Assembly: GCA_913043225.1 (NCBI GenBank)
Contig: CAJWLU010000002.1
Coordinates: forward strand, 160,001 to 224,000
Reading direction: 5' to 3'
Length of the DNA: 64,000 nt
DNA from: an uncultured Acidobacteriota bacterium
Lineage (GTDB): Bacteria; Acidobacteriota; Vicinamibacteria; Vicinamibacterales; UBA8438
The notes under the pieces are model-generated. The model was not told the DNA's origin, did not search any database, and saw nothing but the letters and a program-made list of their open reading frames with translations. The position numbers and the translations under genes were made by a program. Shown piece after piece: positions 30,836-40,088 of the stretch; the first letter of the stretch is position 1, and each line of letters begins with the position of its first letter.

Positions 30836-33193
30836 CTACCTCAAATACCCCAGGCTGCGGAGCCGTTCTAGCTCCTCAGATGACAGCGTGCCGGTCGACT
30901 CGTCGTCGGTGGGGAGTTGTCCGGCTCTAGTGCGCCGGCGCCACCGTTCAAGCTCGGCCCGCAGCTGCTCGACGACACCGGGGTGTATCGCTGCCAGGTC
31001 GGTCTGGTTCATTGGGTCAGCTTGGTGGTCGTAGAGCTCGTACTCTGGTTCGTCGGCCGACCGCTGCTCGTTGTGGATCAGGCGCCACCCGTCCAGCACA
31101 AGCGCCACCGACGCATGCCGGTCTTCGATGCCAGCCGCCTCGCGGGTGTGTTCCTCAGCGACTGCGGGGACCTCTAGCCATTGAGACGCGTCGGTCGCTC
31201 CTCCCGTTCCGGTCGTGGTCAGCAGCGGCAACAGGCTCTGGCCTTGCGCTTCCTCAGGCACCGGTAGACCGCTCAGCTCGAGAAGTGTCGGCATGAGGTC
31301 GATACTCCGCACTGTCTCTGACACCACCTGGCCGCCAGGAATCTTCCCCGGACCCCACAGCAGCAGCGGTATCTTGGTCTGCTCTCCGTAGACCGTGTGT
31401 CCATGCCAGGATTCTCCGTGCTCAAGGAATTCCTCACCGTGGTCGCTCAGCACCGCCACGACCACGCGGTCTGCCAGGCCGCTGGACTCGAGTCGCTCGA
31501 CCAGACGCCCGATTTCCGCGTCCATGCCACGGATGGAACCGTCGTACCAAGCCCGGCGATAGTCCATGAACGGGCCGACGTCGACGCTGGCCGCGCGGAT
31601 TTGGGCCCGCGTTGGCATGACCTGACCCCGGAGTAGCGGGCTCTCGATCTCACTCCGAATGTCAGCCATGCGAGCCTGGTGAGCTGCCCGTGCCTTCGGG
31701 TCGGCCCACCAGGTGTCGTACGGAGGTCGAGGTTCGAACGGACTATGGGGATCGAACACGTGCAGGAAGGCGAAGAACGGCGCGCCTTTACGACGATCGA
31801 GCCAGTCCAGCAGTCGGTCTACGTACTCGCGCGCCGACTTACTCCGCTTTGTTCCGGTGCGTGACGTGGCTTCGTGAAGCTCTTCGAAGCCCTGGTGCAG
31901 ATTGGTGTCGGCGCCGGTGAAGTTGACCGACGAGAACGACACCGTCGCGTAGCCGGCCGTGCGGTAGGCTTCCGCCAGCGTGACCGCGGCGCTGGGCAGC
32001 CGATGGGGTACGTCGAGCACGCCATGCGCAAGCGGATACAGCGAGGTGAGGATCGACGGGGCCGACGCTTTCGTCCAAGTGGCTTGCGCCAGGGCGTCGT
32101 CGAACCGGGCGCCGCCGGCGGCCAGTCTCGAGAGGGCGGGCGTGGTCTTGCGCTCGTAGCCATAGAGGTCCATGTGGTCGGGCCGGAGGGTGTCGGCCAT
32201 GACCACGATGACCCCTTGGGGCGTCTCCTGCACCGGCGCGCGCCGGCGGATGACCGGGGCGCCCCAGAGCCCGATCACGGCCGGTTCCGGCGCTTCCACC
32301 GAAAGGGCCAGCGTTATCTGACGACCCGCCACGGCCGTGAGGTCGACGGCGGCCGGCTCCCACCGGTCGGGGGTGGTGAGGGTTTGGCGGAACAGCTCAA
32401 TCCGGTCGGTGTCCGACTCGGCCACCACGCGGAATGTAGTCGGCGTCGGAGTCATCGTCCCCAGCGCGAGGTCGAGCCAGGACCCGTCCGGGATGGTGAC
32501 CGGTACCCGGAAGGTCTCGGGTGACTTGGCGACGACTGACTCGCGAAAAACGTTGGACTGACCTCGCCAGGCTACGCCGCTTGGGGTCTCGGCGAGATAC
32601 TCGCGGTCGAACACCAGCCGGACCGAGGCGATCTCGAACTCGGCGCCGGCGACATCGCTCGGGCGGATGAATACCCTGTGGATAGCGGACGACGGTCTGG
32701 CGTCCTTGGCTCGGATCTCGTAGGTCCGCAGCTCGTCGCCAGGGATCAAAGGACTCGAGAGTGCCCATGCCTCGTCGTCACGGACGCCTTCCAGGTCGAA
32801 GGTCCCTCGGCTGCGGAACTCGACCTCCAGAGTGGTGCCCTCTGAGACTTGGATCTCGATCTCGACCGTGTGAAGTCGGTCAGTGCGGTGGCCATCGTCC
32901 GGCCATTCCGCATAGACCATGCCCGTAGGGTCCGCACTGCGGCCACGGAGGCGACCTTGCCGCACCACGACGTCCTCGAGCCCGCCGCCTTCCTGCCAAG
33001 CCGTGGCCTCGTCCTCCACTGCGAATCGCCAGAGTGCTCGTGGCGGGGAGGATGCAGCCGGGGTGTCGGAGATAGTCGCCGGCCCGCCGCCGACCAGATC
33101 TACCAGGTGAATCGCGGTCGGAAGTCGGTCCGGCTGACCGCCGCAGGCGGCGCCGAAGAGGATGATGACGATGGCCGCACTGACGCGGGGCAC
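30836..33193 (-). CDS. Sulfatase-like hydrolase/transferase lipoprotein (no formylglycine motif)
   Basis: Lipobox GAAC; ~320-aa beta-rich N-region; DTLRPDH, WTKASA in place of CxPxR, FDPH, SDHGE; C-terminal ERLRSLGYL. Confidence 0.85.
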   Translation of the reverse strand: MPRVSAAIVIILFGAACGGQPDRLPTAIHLVDLVGGGPATISDTPAASSPPRALWRFAVEDEATAWQEGGGLEDVVVRQGRLRGRSADPTGMVYAEWPDDGHRTDRLHTVEIEIQVSEGTTLEVEFRSRGTFDLEGVRDDEAWALSSPLIPGDELRTYEIRAKDARPSSAIHRVFIRPSDVAGAEFEIASVRLVFDREYLAETPSGVAWRGQSNVFRESVVAKSPETFRVPVTIPDGSWLDLALGTMTPTPTTFRVVAESDTDRIELFRQTLTTPDRWEPAAVDLTAVAGRQITLALSVEAPEPAVIGLWGAPVIRRRAPVQETPQGVIVVMADTLRPDHMDLYGYERKTTPALSRLAAGGARFDDALAQATWTKASAPSILTSLYPLAHGVLDVPHRLPSAAVTLAEAYRTAGYATVSFSSVNFTGADTNLHQGFEELHEATSRTGTKRSKSAREYVDRLLDWLDRRKGAPFFAFLHVFDPHSPFEPRPPYDTWWADPKARAAHQARMADIRSEIESPLLRGQVMPTRAQIRAASVDVGPFMDYRRAWYDGSIRGMDAEIGRLVERLESSGLADRVVVAVLSDHGEEFLEHGESWHGHTVYGEQTKIPLLLWGPGKIPGGQVVSETVRSIDLMPTLLELSGLPVPEEAQGQSLLPLLTTTGTGGATDASQWLEVPAVAEEHTREAAGIEDRHASVALVLDGWRLIHNEQRSADEPEYELYDHQADPMNQTDLAAIHPGVVEQLRAELERWRRRTRAGQLPTDDESTGTLSSEELERLRSLGYLR

Positions 33194-33194
33194 C

Positions 33195-34025
33195 TCACAC
33201 CTCGACCCCGAGCACGCCCTTAAAGGCGAACCCGAAGAACATCGAAAACACGAAAAAGCCGATCAGCCAGTTGACGCCGAACCCGAGCAGGCTCATCTCG
33301 AGTGGGGGGTACGCGACCTCGATTGTCTCGATCGGGTGACCCGCGTCGATCGGCGGTTCTCCGGGGTAGAGCAGCGCATCCAGAGGGTTGGTGGTCCGGA
33401 GCTGACCGATGCTGCGCCAACCGCCGCCCCCGCTGAGCCCCTTCTCGAGCGCCTCGTCGCCGATGTGCACCAGGAGGACGTGGTCGCCGGCAGTGTCTAC
33501 CCGCACCCGCCATGCCACCTCTGGGTTGGTACGGACTCGCACCGGCGGTGTTTCCACGGTCACACCGTGAGGTGCTTCGAGGCTCAGCGGCTGGTCGAGC
33601 AGAGACGCATCGCGGACGATTGCCTTCAGCACGACCGATTCGCCCGGAGAGAGGGGGCGGACATCGAACCGCAGCGCCAGCTGGGTCATGATCAGCACCA
33701 CCGGCACCAACATCACCAGGAGCGGCACTAGCGCCAGCCGCATGAAGCCGAAGGTGTCGGTAAAGATCCGACGCTGCAGGCCGAGCACGACACCGATGTC
33801 GTGTTGGAACAGCCGGACGCCGATCAGGTTGCCTCGAATCCGGTCCCGCACCGCCTTGATCTGCTCCTGATCCGAGGTTTTGCCGAAGAGCCAGACGAGG
33901 AAGATACCAGCGCCGGCCGAGATCGCGGTCAAAGCCCAGACCGGGGCGAGGCTCCGAAATGGCCAGGTGATGACCTCGAAGATCGGCGTCATTACGACGT
34001 GCAGGACGTGGACAAGCGTAGACAT
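33195..34025 (-). CDS. Membrane protein, DUF106/EMC3/TMCO1-like architecture
   Basis: Amphipathic N-helix, TM1, SDQEQIK helical segment, TM2 (VPLLVMLVPVVLIM), soluble insert, TM3 (WLIGFFVFSMFFG) and short basic tail. The ORF is solid; the family call is pattern recognition. Confidence 0.6.
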   Translation of the reverse strand: MSTLVHVLHVVMTPIFEVITWPFRSLAPVWALTAISAGAGIFLVWLFGKTSDQEQIKAVRDRIRGNLIGVRLFQHDIGVVLGLQRRIFTDTFGFMRLALVPLLVMLVPVVLIMTQLALRFDVRPLSPGESVVLKAIVRDASLLDQPLSLEAPHGVTVETPPVRVRTNPEVAWRVRVDTAGDHVLLVHIGDEALEKGLSGGGGWRSIGQLRTTNPLDALLYPGEPPIDAGHPIETIEVAYPPLEMSLLGFGVNWLIGFFVFSMFFGFAFKGVLGVEV

Positions 34026-34217
34026 CTACGAGATGTAGCCGAGTCCCTTCAGGCGCTTCTTGATCTCCTCTTCGGAATCGGCGCCCTCGAGCTGGACGAT
34101 CTCCTTCTCCAGCGCGTGGTTGACGAACTCTTCGACGGTCGAGTACCCAGCGATTTCAGCATAGCGGGTCGCTTTCTCGAGTAGTGCCTTGTCGATCTTG
34201 ACCTTGGAACCGAACAC
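34026..34217 (-). CDS. 63-aa protein, RHH-like N-terminus with RLKGLGY tail
   Basis: GTG start with AGGAGG RBS; stop abuts the next ATG; KVKIDKALLEKA..AGYSTVEEFVNHAL; EEEIKKRLKGLGYIS. Confidence 0.8.
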   Translation of the reverse strand: MFGSKVKIDKALLEKATRYAEIAGYSTVEEFVNHALEKEIVQLEGADSEEEIKKRLKGLGYIS

Positions 34218-34243
34218 GTTGTCGTTCCTCCTTTGTTCCTGGC

Positions 34244-36241
34244 CTACCGATCCGAGATCACGTCCTGTCCGATCATCTCGGGCAGCGGAGCGACCCCGAA
34301 TTCGTTGAGCACGCTGACGGTCAAGTCCGCCAGTCCCGGGTTCTCCACGCTGACCTGGCGGTTGGTCAGGAGTATCCCAGGTACCAGTCGGTAGTCATTT
34401 GTGTGGTCACCGCTCCATGGATCGTCGTTGTCGACGACGATCTCTTCCGAGAACTCTCCGAGCGGGCTTTCCCACGAATAGCGGTAGCCGCGGTTGTAGC
34501 CGACGAGCAAATCCGGGCTCAGTTCGAGGTGAGGGCCAGTGAACTCCTCGCGCGTCTTGAGGACCAGACCGATCGGCGCGTTGCCGTTTCGCTCGTCCAC
34601 CAATGCCAGCAGGTCGCGCTCGAGCTCGTCGAGGAGCCGGTTGTACTCTTCACCCGGTCGGACGATGCCTCCCTGCTCGCGGCCCTCCAGGTTCACGAAC
34701 ACCCCGCCCATGCCAAAGGCGTAGGCTTGGGTCCGGGACCAATCGACGTTGGTGAACATAGGGAGATCGGTGACCCGCGTTGGGTCACGCAGGGTGATAT
34801 AGCCTCGTTCGAGCAGGTAGGTGTTCAGGTTGACGCCCCAGTAGAACGGCGAGAACCCGTGGTCGGACATCACCATCAACGTGGTGTCGTCGTCTACCGC
34901 GTCGAGTACCCGGCCCAGCGCCTCGTCCATTTCCTCGTAGAGCTGCCGGATGCCCTGCTCGAGCAGCTCGTCCGGCTCGTGAAGTGGATGCTCCGGATCC
35001 GCGTAGTGGTAGAGCATGTGCGAGCCCTGGTCGACGCTGGAGAAGTAAAAGAAGAGCAGGCCGTCGTCGAAGTCCTCGAGGAAATGATCGAGTGCCCGCC
35101 GCCGTTCCTGATAGACGAACTGCGCCTGTTCCCAGAACTCTCGGCCGCTGAAGATACCTTCGGAGAATGCCTTGGTCTCCTCGGGGAGCTCCTGCGTGTA
35201 GAAGGGTCCGAGGACGTCATGCAGATCCCCCGACCAGTCCTCGGGGCTCGACAGTGGCATCGCCGGGTTGTCCGGGTGGATCTGCAGTGGCGACACATAC
35301 AGCCGGAAGTCGGGTCGTACCTTCTGGAGATAGAAGCGGCCCATTGCACTCACGTTGACCAGATACGGGAGCGCCTCGAATTCCACGTCCACCCAGTCGC
35401 TCCACTCGCCCTCGTTGAGCACGAGCTCGGTCTCCTGAACGACGATCTTGGCCGCCGGAGCTTCCGGGTCGATGTGCACCTCGAAGTCGATCGTTAGCTC
35501 TGGGTTCTCATACTCCACCTCTCCCGCGCCGAACACGGTGGTGGTGGTCGGCTCTCGGCGGAGCGCATTTGGGGGGCCGTAGAGCTGGGCCTCGACTCTG
35601 CCGTTGACCACCTCCACCAGCTCGAGCCGGCCGGTCATCGCCTCCTGATTTTCTGGAGGGTAGTCAGTAAAGAAGGTGTAGATGCCGTGGAGGCCGAGGA
35701 TGTCTGGGGTGCCCATGCCGGCGAACGACCGCCCGCCGATCACCGGAGGAAAGTTCACCGGCATCCGGAAAATCGTCGTCTCGATGCCGGCCTGGTCGAG
35801 TAGCTCCCAGAAGGCTTGACCGCGGCGATAGAGTTCGACGTCGCCGCCGGAGAGCGGCACCACCCAGGAGCCGATGTTCAAACTGCGGCCTTCCGGGCCG
35901 ATTGCGTAAAACGGTTCGACGACCTCCATCGTGGCCGGGTCCCGGAGCAGGAAGTCGAAGACGCCATGACCACCTGGGTCGAGGCCGGTGATGAACGTCG
36001 ACCAGGCCACCGGACTGAGGGGGGGCATGGTGGTCTCGAGCGGACTGAGGCTGCCCTCGTCTGCCAGACGGGAAAAGTTGGGGAGCCGGCCCTCGCCCAT
36101 GAACTGCTCAAGCAGGCCATGGTCCATGCCGTCGATGCCGATCACGATGACTCTCTTGCCCGAGCCGCCGACGCGACAAGCGGCGGCCACGGCCGCCATC
36201 GCGACGAGTCCGAGCGCCGTCAGCAGCCGAAGGCGGGTCAT
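34244..36241 (-). CDS. Alkaline phosphatase superfamily (type I phosphodiesterase/NPP-like) lipoprotein
   Basis: Lipobox AAAC; IGIDG, PPLSPVAWSTF, HGVFDF, MSDHGF, VDWSRTQAY, WSGDH. Confidence 0.87.
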   Translation of the reverse strand: MTRLRLLTALGLVAMAAVAAACRVGGSGKRVIVIGIDGMDHGLLEQFMGEGRLPNFSRLADEGSLSPLETTMPPLSPVAWSTFITGLDPGGHGVFDFLLRDPATMEVVEPFYAIGPEGRSLNIGSWVVPLSGGDVELYRRGQAFWELLDQAGIETTIFRMPVNFPPVIGGRSFAGMGTPDILGLHGIYTFFTDYPPENQEAMTGRLELVEVVNGRVEAQLYGPPNALRREPTTTTVFGAGEVEYENPELTIDFEVHIDPEAPAAKIVVQETELVLNEGEWSDWVDVEFEALPYLVNVSAMGRFYLQKVRPDFRLYVSPLQIHPDNPAMPLSSPEDWSGDLHDVLGPFYTQELPEETKAFSEGIFSGREFWEQAQFVYQERRRALDHFLEDFDDGLLFFYFSSVDQGSHMLYHYADPEHPLHEPDELLEQGIRQLYEEMDEALGRVLDAVDDDTTLMVMSDHGFSPFYWGVNLNTYLLERGYITLRDPTRVTDLPMFTNVDWSRTQAYAFGMGGVFVNLEGREQGGIVRPGEEYNRLLDELERDLLALVDERNGNAPIGLVLKTREEFTGPHLELSPDLLVGYNRGYRYSWESPLGEFSEEIVVDNDDPWSGDHTNDYRLVPGILLTNRQVSVENPGLADLTVSVLNEFGVAPLPEMIGQDVISDR

Positions 36242-38403
36242 AGTGCCGCCGCCCGTGCCGCCCCGCCCGACATGGCGTCTCGGGGTGGAGAATCGGCAGC
36301 TGCCGGCATCAACGACTGGCCGTCGCAGTAGCCGGGCACCTTCACCCCGAAGAGATCGAGGACGGTGGGGCCGATGTCCATGATGCTCGGCGTGTCGCTA
36401 TTGATCCTTCTGTTCGAGAAGAGCATGCCGGGGACGTCGGGCGGGTTGAAGTTGTGGTCGCCGCTCCAGTAGCGGGTGTTGTCCTCGATGACCTCGGTGC
36501 CGACGCCGCCGGTGACCGACGTCCATCCCACCCGGTGCCCCGGGCGGAAGCCGACGATCAGATCCGGCGCCTCCGGCACATACGGGCCTGAGTAGACCTC
36601 GGTAGCGTCGTACACTTCCCGGACCGGCTGGACCTGCTCGACGTGGTCGACGAGCTCGAGCAGACCCTCGCGGATTGCCTGCTTTAGCGCGGGCACTTCC
36701 TCAGCTGTCACGGTGCCCTGGGCCTCGCGCCCGGCGAGGTTGAGGTAGATGCCGCCGAATCCCACCGCGTAGGCCTGGGTGCGCGACCAGTCGACGTCGC
36801 CGAACATGTCCGCACCGGTGGGGATGTCCCCTTTTAGCGCGAGGAATCCGCGTTGATACAGCCAGGTGTTCAGGTTGACGCCCCGACGGAACGGTTTGAA
36901 GCCGTGATCGGACATCACGAAGAGTGCGGTGTCGTCACCGGCGGCCTTCATCGTCTTGCCCACGAGTCGGTCCATCTCGATGTAGAGCTTCCGGATGGCG
37001 TCCTTGTGCTTCCCGTTCCGGCCGCGATTGGCGGGGTGGGTTTCGTCGAGGTGCCGGAAGAACATGTGCTGCAGGCGGTCGGTGATATCGAAGACGCAGA
37101 CCACGGCTCCCTGGCTGGTCTTGTCCAGCGCGTCGAAGAACATCCGTTCCCGCTCCTCGTGCACCAGATAGGTCTGCTCCAGGAACGCATCCTCATCGAC
37201 CACTTCTTCGTTCAGAGCCGACGTGTCTTCGGCCAGTCCGAGTGTGGCGTAGCGACCCTGGGTCTTCGAGAGGTATACCGCATAAGTGAACGGGTGTGAG
37301 ATCGGCAGCGCCGGCTGATCCGGGTCGATGTTAATCGGCGTCATGTACAGCTTCAGGTGCGGATCGGTCTCGAGTAGGTAGAAGCGCACGATGCCGGTCA
37401 CCGACATGCCGAGTCCTGGCTTAAAGGACAGCGTGATCCAGGGCGTGTGCTGGCGGCGAGGTAACGGGTGAGTTTCGTCACCGAGCAGCAGCGTGGCTGC
37501 GCCGTCCTCTGCGGCCTGGACCTCGAACTTGAGCAGCATCTCGCCGCCTGCCTCTAGGAGGCTGTTCTCGGGACCCGTGATGACGCTCTGGGCGCGGCCA
37601 CCGGTCCACGTGACTGGCACCCGCACGCCACTGGTCATCGAGAGCCGTTCGTCCGGGTCGCTGCTGTAGTAGTGGTAGGTGCCCTGGCTCCCGTTCAGGT
37701 CGGGCACGCTCATCGCCGATAGCAACGTTCCGTTGAATTTCTCGGCGGGGAAGGTGATGGGGACGCGGAGGATGGTGCTGACGATGCCGTGGTCGCCCAA
37801 CGTTTTCCAGAACGGTTGACTCTTGCGTCCCTGCTCGATGAGCGGCTTGCCGAGCGGAATCCGGAACGGTCCGAGCGGCAGCGAGCGCCGGGGCGGCTCG
37901 ACGCGGGCCGAGCAAAGTTCCGGCAGATGCGATTTTCGATTCGGGACGAGAAAATCGAAGATCCGGTGCTTGCCGGGGTTGCATCCGGTCTGGAATGAGG
38001 TCCACGCGACCGGGGACTCGGCGAGCAGGGTCGTACCGAGCCGGTTGAAGCTTCCGGCATCGCGGAGCTTCGCGAAGTTCGGCAGTACCCCTTCGTCCAT
38101 CAGGGCTTCGGTCAGCTCCGGATCCTGACCGTCGAGGCCAAGAACGATGACCCGTTTGACCCGGCTGGCGGCTAGCGCCCGGCTCCCGCGGATTTTCTGG
38201 ATGGCCAGGCGGACGGGCCAGGTCACCAGGGTCACCACTGCCAGCATCATGGTGACCAGCAGGATGAAGAGGGACGAGACGAAGGCGAAGCCGGCGCCCG
38301 GGCCGACGTAGGCGTGGACCGCGGCGGGAGCGATTAGCTCTCCGGCTGTCACCGCCAGCAGTGCGGCGGCAGGTAGGGACCCGCGAAGACTCTTGGGCAT
38401 CAA
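36238..38403 (-). CDS. Alkaline phosphatase superfamily (NPP-like) membrane-anchored protein
   Basis: Signal-like segment AVHA|YVGPGAG, TM helix, basic stretch; LGLDG, ESPVAWTSF, MSDHGF, VDWSRTQAY, WSGDH; paralog of the downstream gene. Confidence 0.87.
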   Translation of the reverse strand: MMPKSLRGSLPAAALLAVTAGELIAPAAVHAYVGPGAGFAFVSSLFILLVTMMLAVVTLVTWPVRLAIQKIRGSRALAASRVKRVIVLGLDGQDPELTEALMDEGVLPNFAKLRDAGSFNRLGTTLLAESPVAWTSFQTGCNPGKHRIFDFLVPNRKSHLPELCSARVEPPRRSLPLGPFRIPLGKPLIEQGRKSQPFWKTLGDHGIVSTILRVPITFPAEKFNGTLLSAMSVPDLNGSQGTYHYYSSDPDERLSMTSGVRVPVTWTGGRAQSVITGPENSLLEAGGEMLLKFEVQAAEDGAATLLLGDETHPLPRRQHTPWITLSFKPGLGMSVTGIVRFYLLETDPHLKLYMTPINIDPDQPALPISHPFTYAVYLSKTQGRYATLGLAEDTSALNEEVVDEDAFLEQTYLVHEERERMFFDALDKTSQGAVVCVFDITDRLQHMFFRHLDETHPANRGRNGKHKDAIRKLYIEMDRLVGKTMKAAGDDTALFVMSDHGFKPFRRGVNLNTWLYQRGFLALKGDIPTGADMFGDVDWSRTQAYAVGFGGIYLNLAGREAQGTVTAEEVPALKQAIREGLLELVDHVEQVQPVREVYDATEVYSGPYVPEAPDLIVGFRPGHRVGWTSVTGGVGTEVIEDNTRYWSGDHNFNPPDVPGMLFSNRRINSDTPSIMDIGPTVLDLFGVKVPGYCDGQSLMPAAADSPPRDAMSGGAARAAAL

Positions 38404-39044
38404 GTGGCTCCTGATCCAGCGTCTTGTCCGGCACGATTCCGGTAGAGCTGGCTGTCCACGACGCCGCTCATCTTCTCGACGTCTAGGCTGCCGCCGAGGA
38501 ACGCGTTTACCCGTTCTGCCACCGCCGCAGGCTGGGTCACCGCCGCCCGGTGCTCGACATAGAGCACCTCGCAGTTCTTCCGCGCCGCCAGCTGCCGCTC
38601 GACCTTGCTCAGATGGGCCGCGAACACACGCGCCATCTCCGCATCGGCGGCGTCGCCGCCAGATGCGCCCCGACGATCTAGCATCTTTTGCTGGGAGGCG
38701 AGGACCTCCTGCAAACTCCGTCGAACGAAGACGATCTTGTAATGGTGGGTGGCGGGCAGATGCTGGAGCAGGAAGGAGATGATCTTCACGACTTTGCCGT
38801 GCGCGTCGTCGAGCCAGGCGGTGTCGCCGTTCTTGTCGAGGTCCTTGACCGCTTCGAGCTCGTGATATCCCCTCGGGTTGTCGTCGTCCGCCTGGCGGAC
38901 ACCGTCGACGACCTCCTCCAGGCCCCCGGCCGAGATCATGCTCATGAGCATGGAGGTGCCCGAGCGAGGCAGACCGGAGACCACAACCACCGATTTGTCT
39001 ACGCCAGGCGGGTCACCGGCGAAGAGCCGGCGCAAGAACTCCAT
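38400..39044 (-). CDS. PAPS-dependent sulfotransferase family protein
   Basis: 5'-PSB loop VVSGLPRSGTS, DNPRGYHE, 3'-PB-like R-x-x-x-EVLAS; ATG 39044. Confidence 0.85.
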   Translation of the reverse strand: MEFLRRLFAGDPPGVDKSVVVVSGLPRSGTSMLMSMISAGGLEEVVDGVRQADDDNPRGYHELEAVKDLDKNGDTAWLDDAHGKVVKIISFLLQHLPATHHYKIVFVRRSLQEVLASQQKMLDRRGASGGDAADAEMARVFAAHLSKVERQLAARKNCEVLYVEHRAAVTQPAAVAERVNAFLGGSLDVEKMSGVVDSQLYRNRAGQDAGSGAT

Positions 39045-39138
39045 CGTGACAGCTATTTCAATCGATGACCGGGGACCCGTCAAGCGGGTGCTCAGGCCGT
39101 TTGCGCCGCCGGGAGGGGGGCACTACACTGCGCACGCG

Positions 39139-39918
39139 ATGATGCAGATCGAGGCGGTGAACGAGGTCGCGCTGCGAGCCGGCGAAGTCGTCATGCGCCA
39201 CTACACGGCGCGCGATACCTGGGTGCGGGCCAAGGAGGACGGGTCGCCGGTGACCGGGGTGGACCTAGCGGCGGAGGAGATCATCTACGCCGGCCTGCGA
39301 GAGCTGGATCCGTCGATCCCCTACGTGTCCGAGGAGCGGGAGCTGCCGGACTACGAGACGCGGCGGGCGTGGGCGCGCTACTGGCTGGTCGATCCGCTCG
39401 ATGGCACCAAGGAGTTCATCAACCGGACCGACGAGTTCACCGTGAACATCGCGTTGATCGAGGCTGGACAGCCGGTGCTTGGGGTCGTGATGGCGCCAGC
39501 CTCTAACCTGCTCTACTACGCGACCAACGGCCAGGGGGCCTGGAGACGGAAGGGTGAGGGGGGCCCCGAGCGGCTGAGGTCCAGGCTCGCGGATCCGGCC
39601 GAGCCGCTCCGGATTGTGGAGAGCCGTTCTCATCCGAGCCCGGCGCTCGAGGCGTTTCTCGAGCCGTTCACGATCAGCGAACGGGTTAAAAGCGGCAGCT
39701 CGCTCAAGTTCTGTGTGGTTGCGGACGGACGGGCTGACATCTATCCACGTCTCGGGCCGACGATGGAGTGGGATGTCGCCGCCGGCGACTGCGTCTACCG
39801 CAACTCCGGAGACCCCGAGCCTCATCCGGGCACGCTGCGGTATAACAAGCCATCACTCAAGAACCCCAGCTTCGTTATCGGGCTGTCGCCTGGCAGCTAC
39901 GAGCTGCCTGAGGGCTGA
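39139..39918 (+). CDS. cysQ: 3'(2'),5'-bisphosphate nucleotidase (PAP phosphatase)
   Basis: KEDGSPVT, VSEE, WLVDPLDGTKEF, GSSLKFC, YPRLGPTMEWDVAAG. Confidence 0.93.
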   Translation: MMQIEAVNEVALRAGEVVMRHYTARDTWVRAKEDGSPVTGVDLAAEEIIYAGLRELDPSIPYVSEERELPDYETRRAWARYWLVDPLDGTKEFINRTDEFTVNIALIEAGQPVLGVVMAPASNLLYYATNGQGAWRRKGEGGPERLRSRLADPAEPLRIVESRSHPSPALEAFLEPFTISERVKSGSSLKFCVVADGRADIYPRLGPTMEWDVAAGDCVYRNSGDPEPHPGTLRYNKPSLKNPSFVIGLSPGSYELPEG

Positions 39919-40088
39919 TCGAGGCCCCTCGCACTTGGGCGCGTCGCCATCCGTGATAAATTGAAGCGTTTGTCTACCCACCCAAGATGAGTGTGAGGAC
40001 AGTCGTCTCCGTTCGCACATTCCCCATACGCCGTTGCCGGCCTGGTCCGAAAGGGCCGGGCGGCAGGATAGTCAGAGGAGCCGGTACG

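Noticed and set aside
30674..30871. + strand ORF with QQQQQ
   Set aside because: It is the antisense shadow of the TGY Cys-codon run; the - strand reading fits the operon direction and the attenuator geometry
34403..35497. 364-aa + strand ORF
   Set aside because: Antisense to the AlkP lipoprotein gene; shadow ORF
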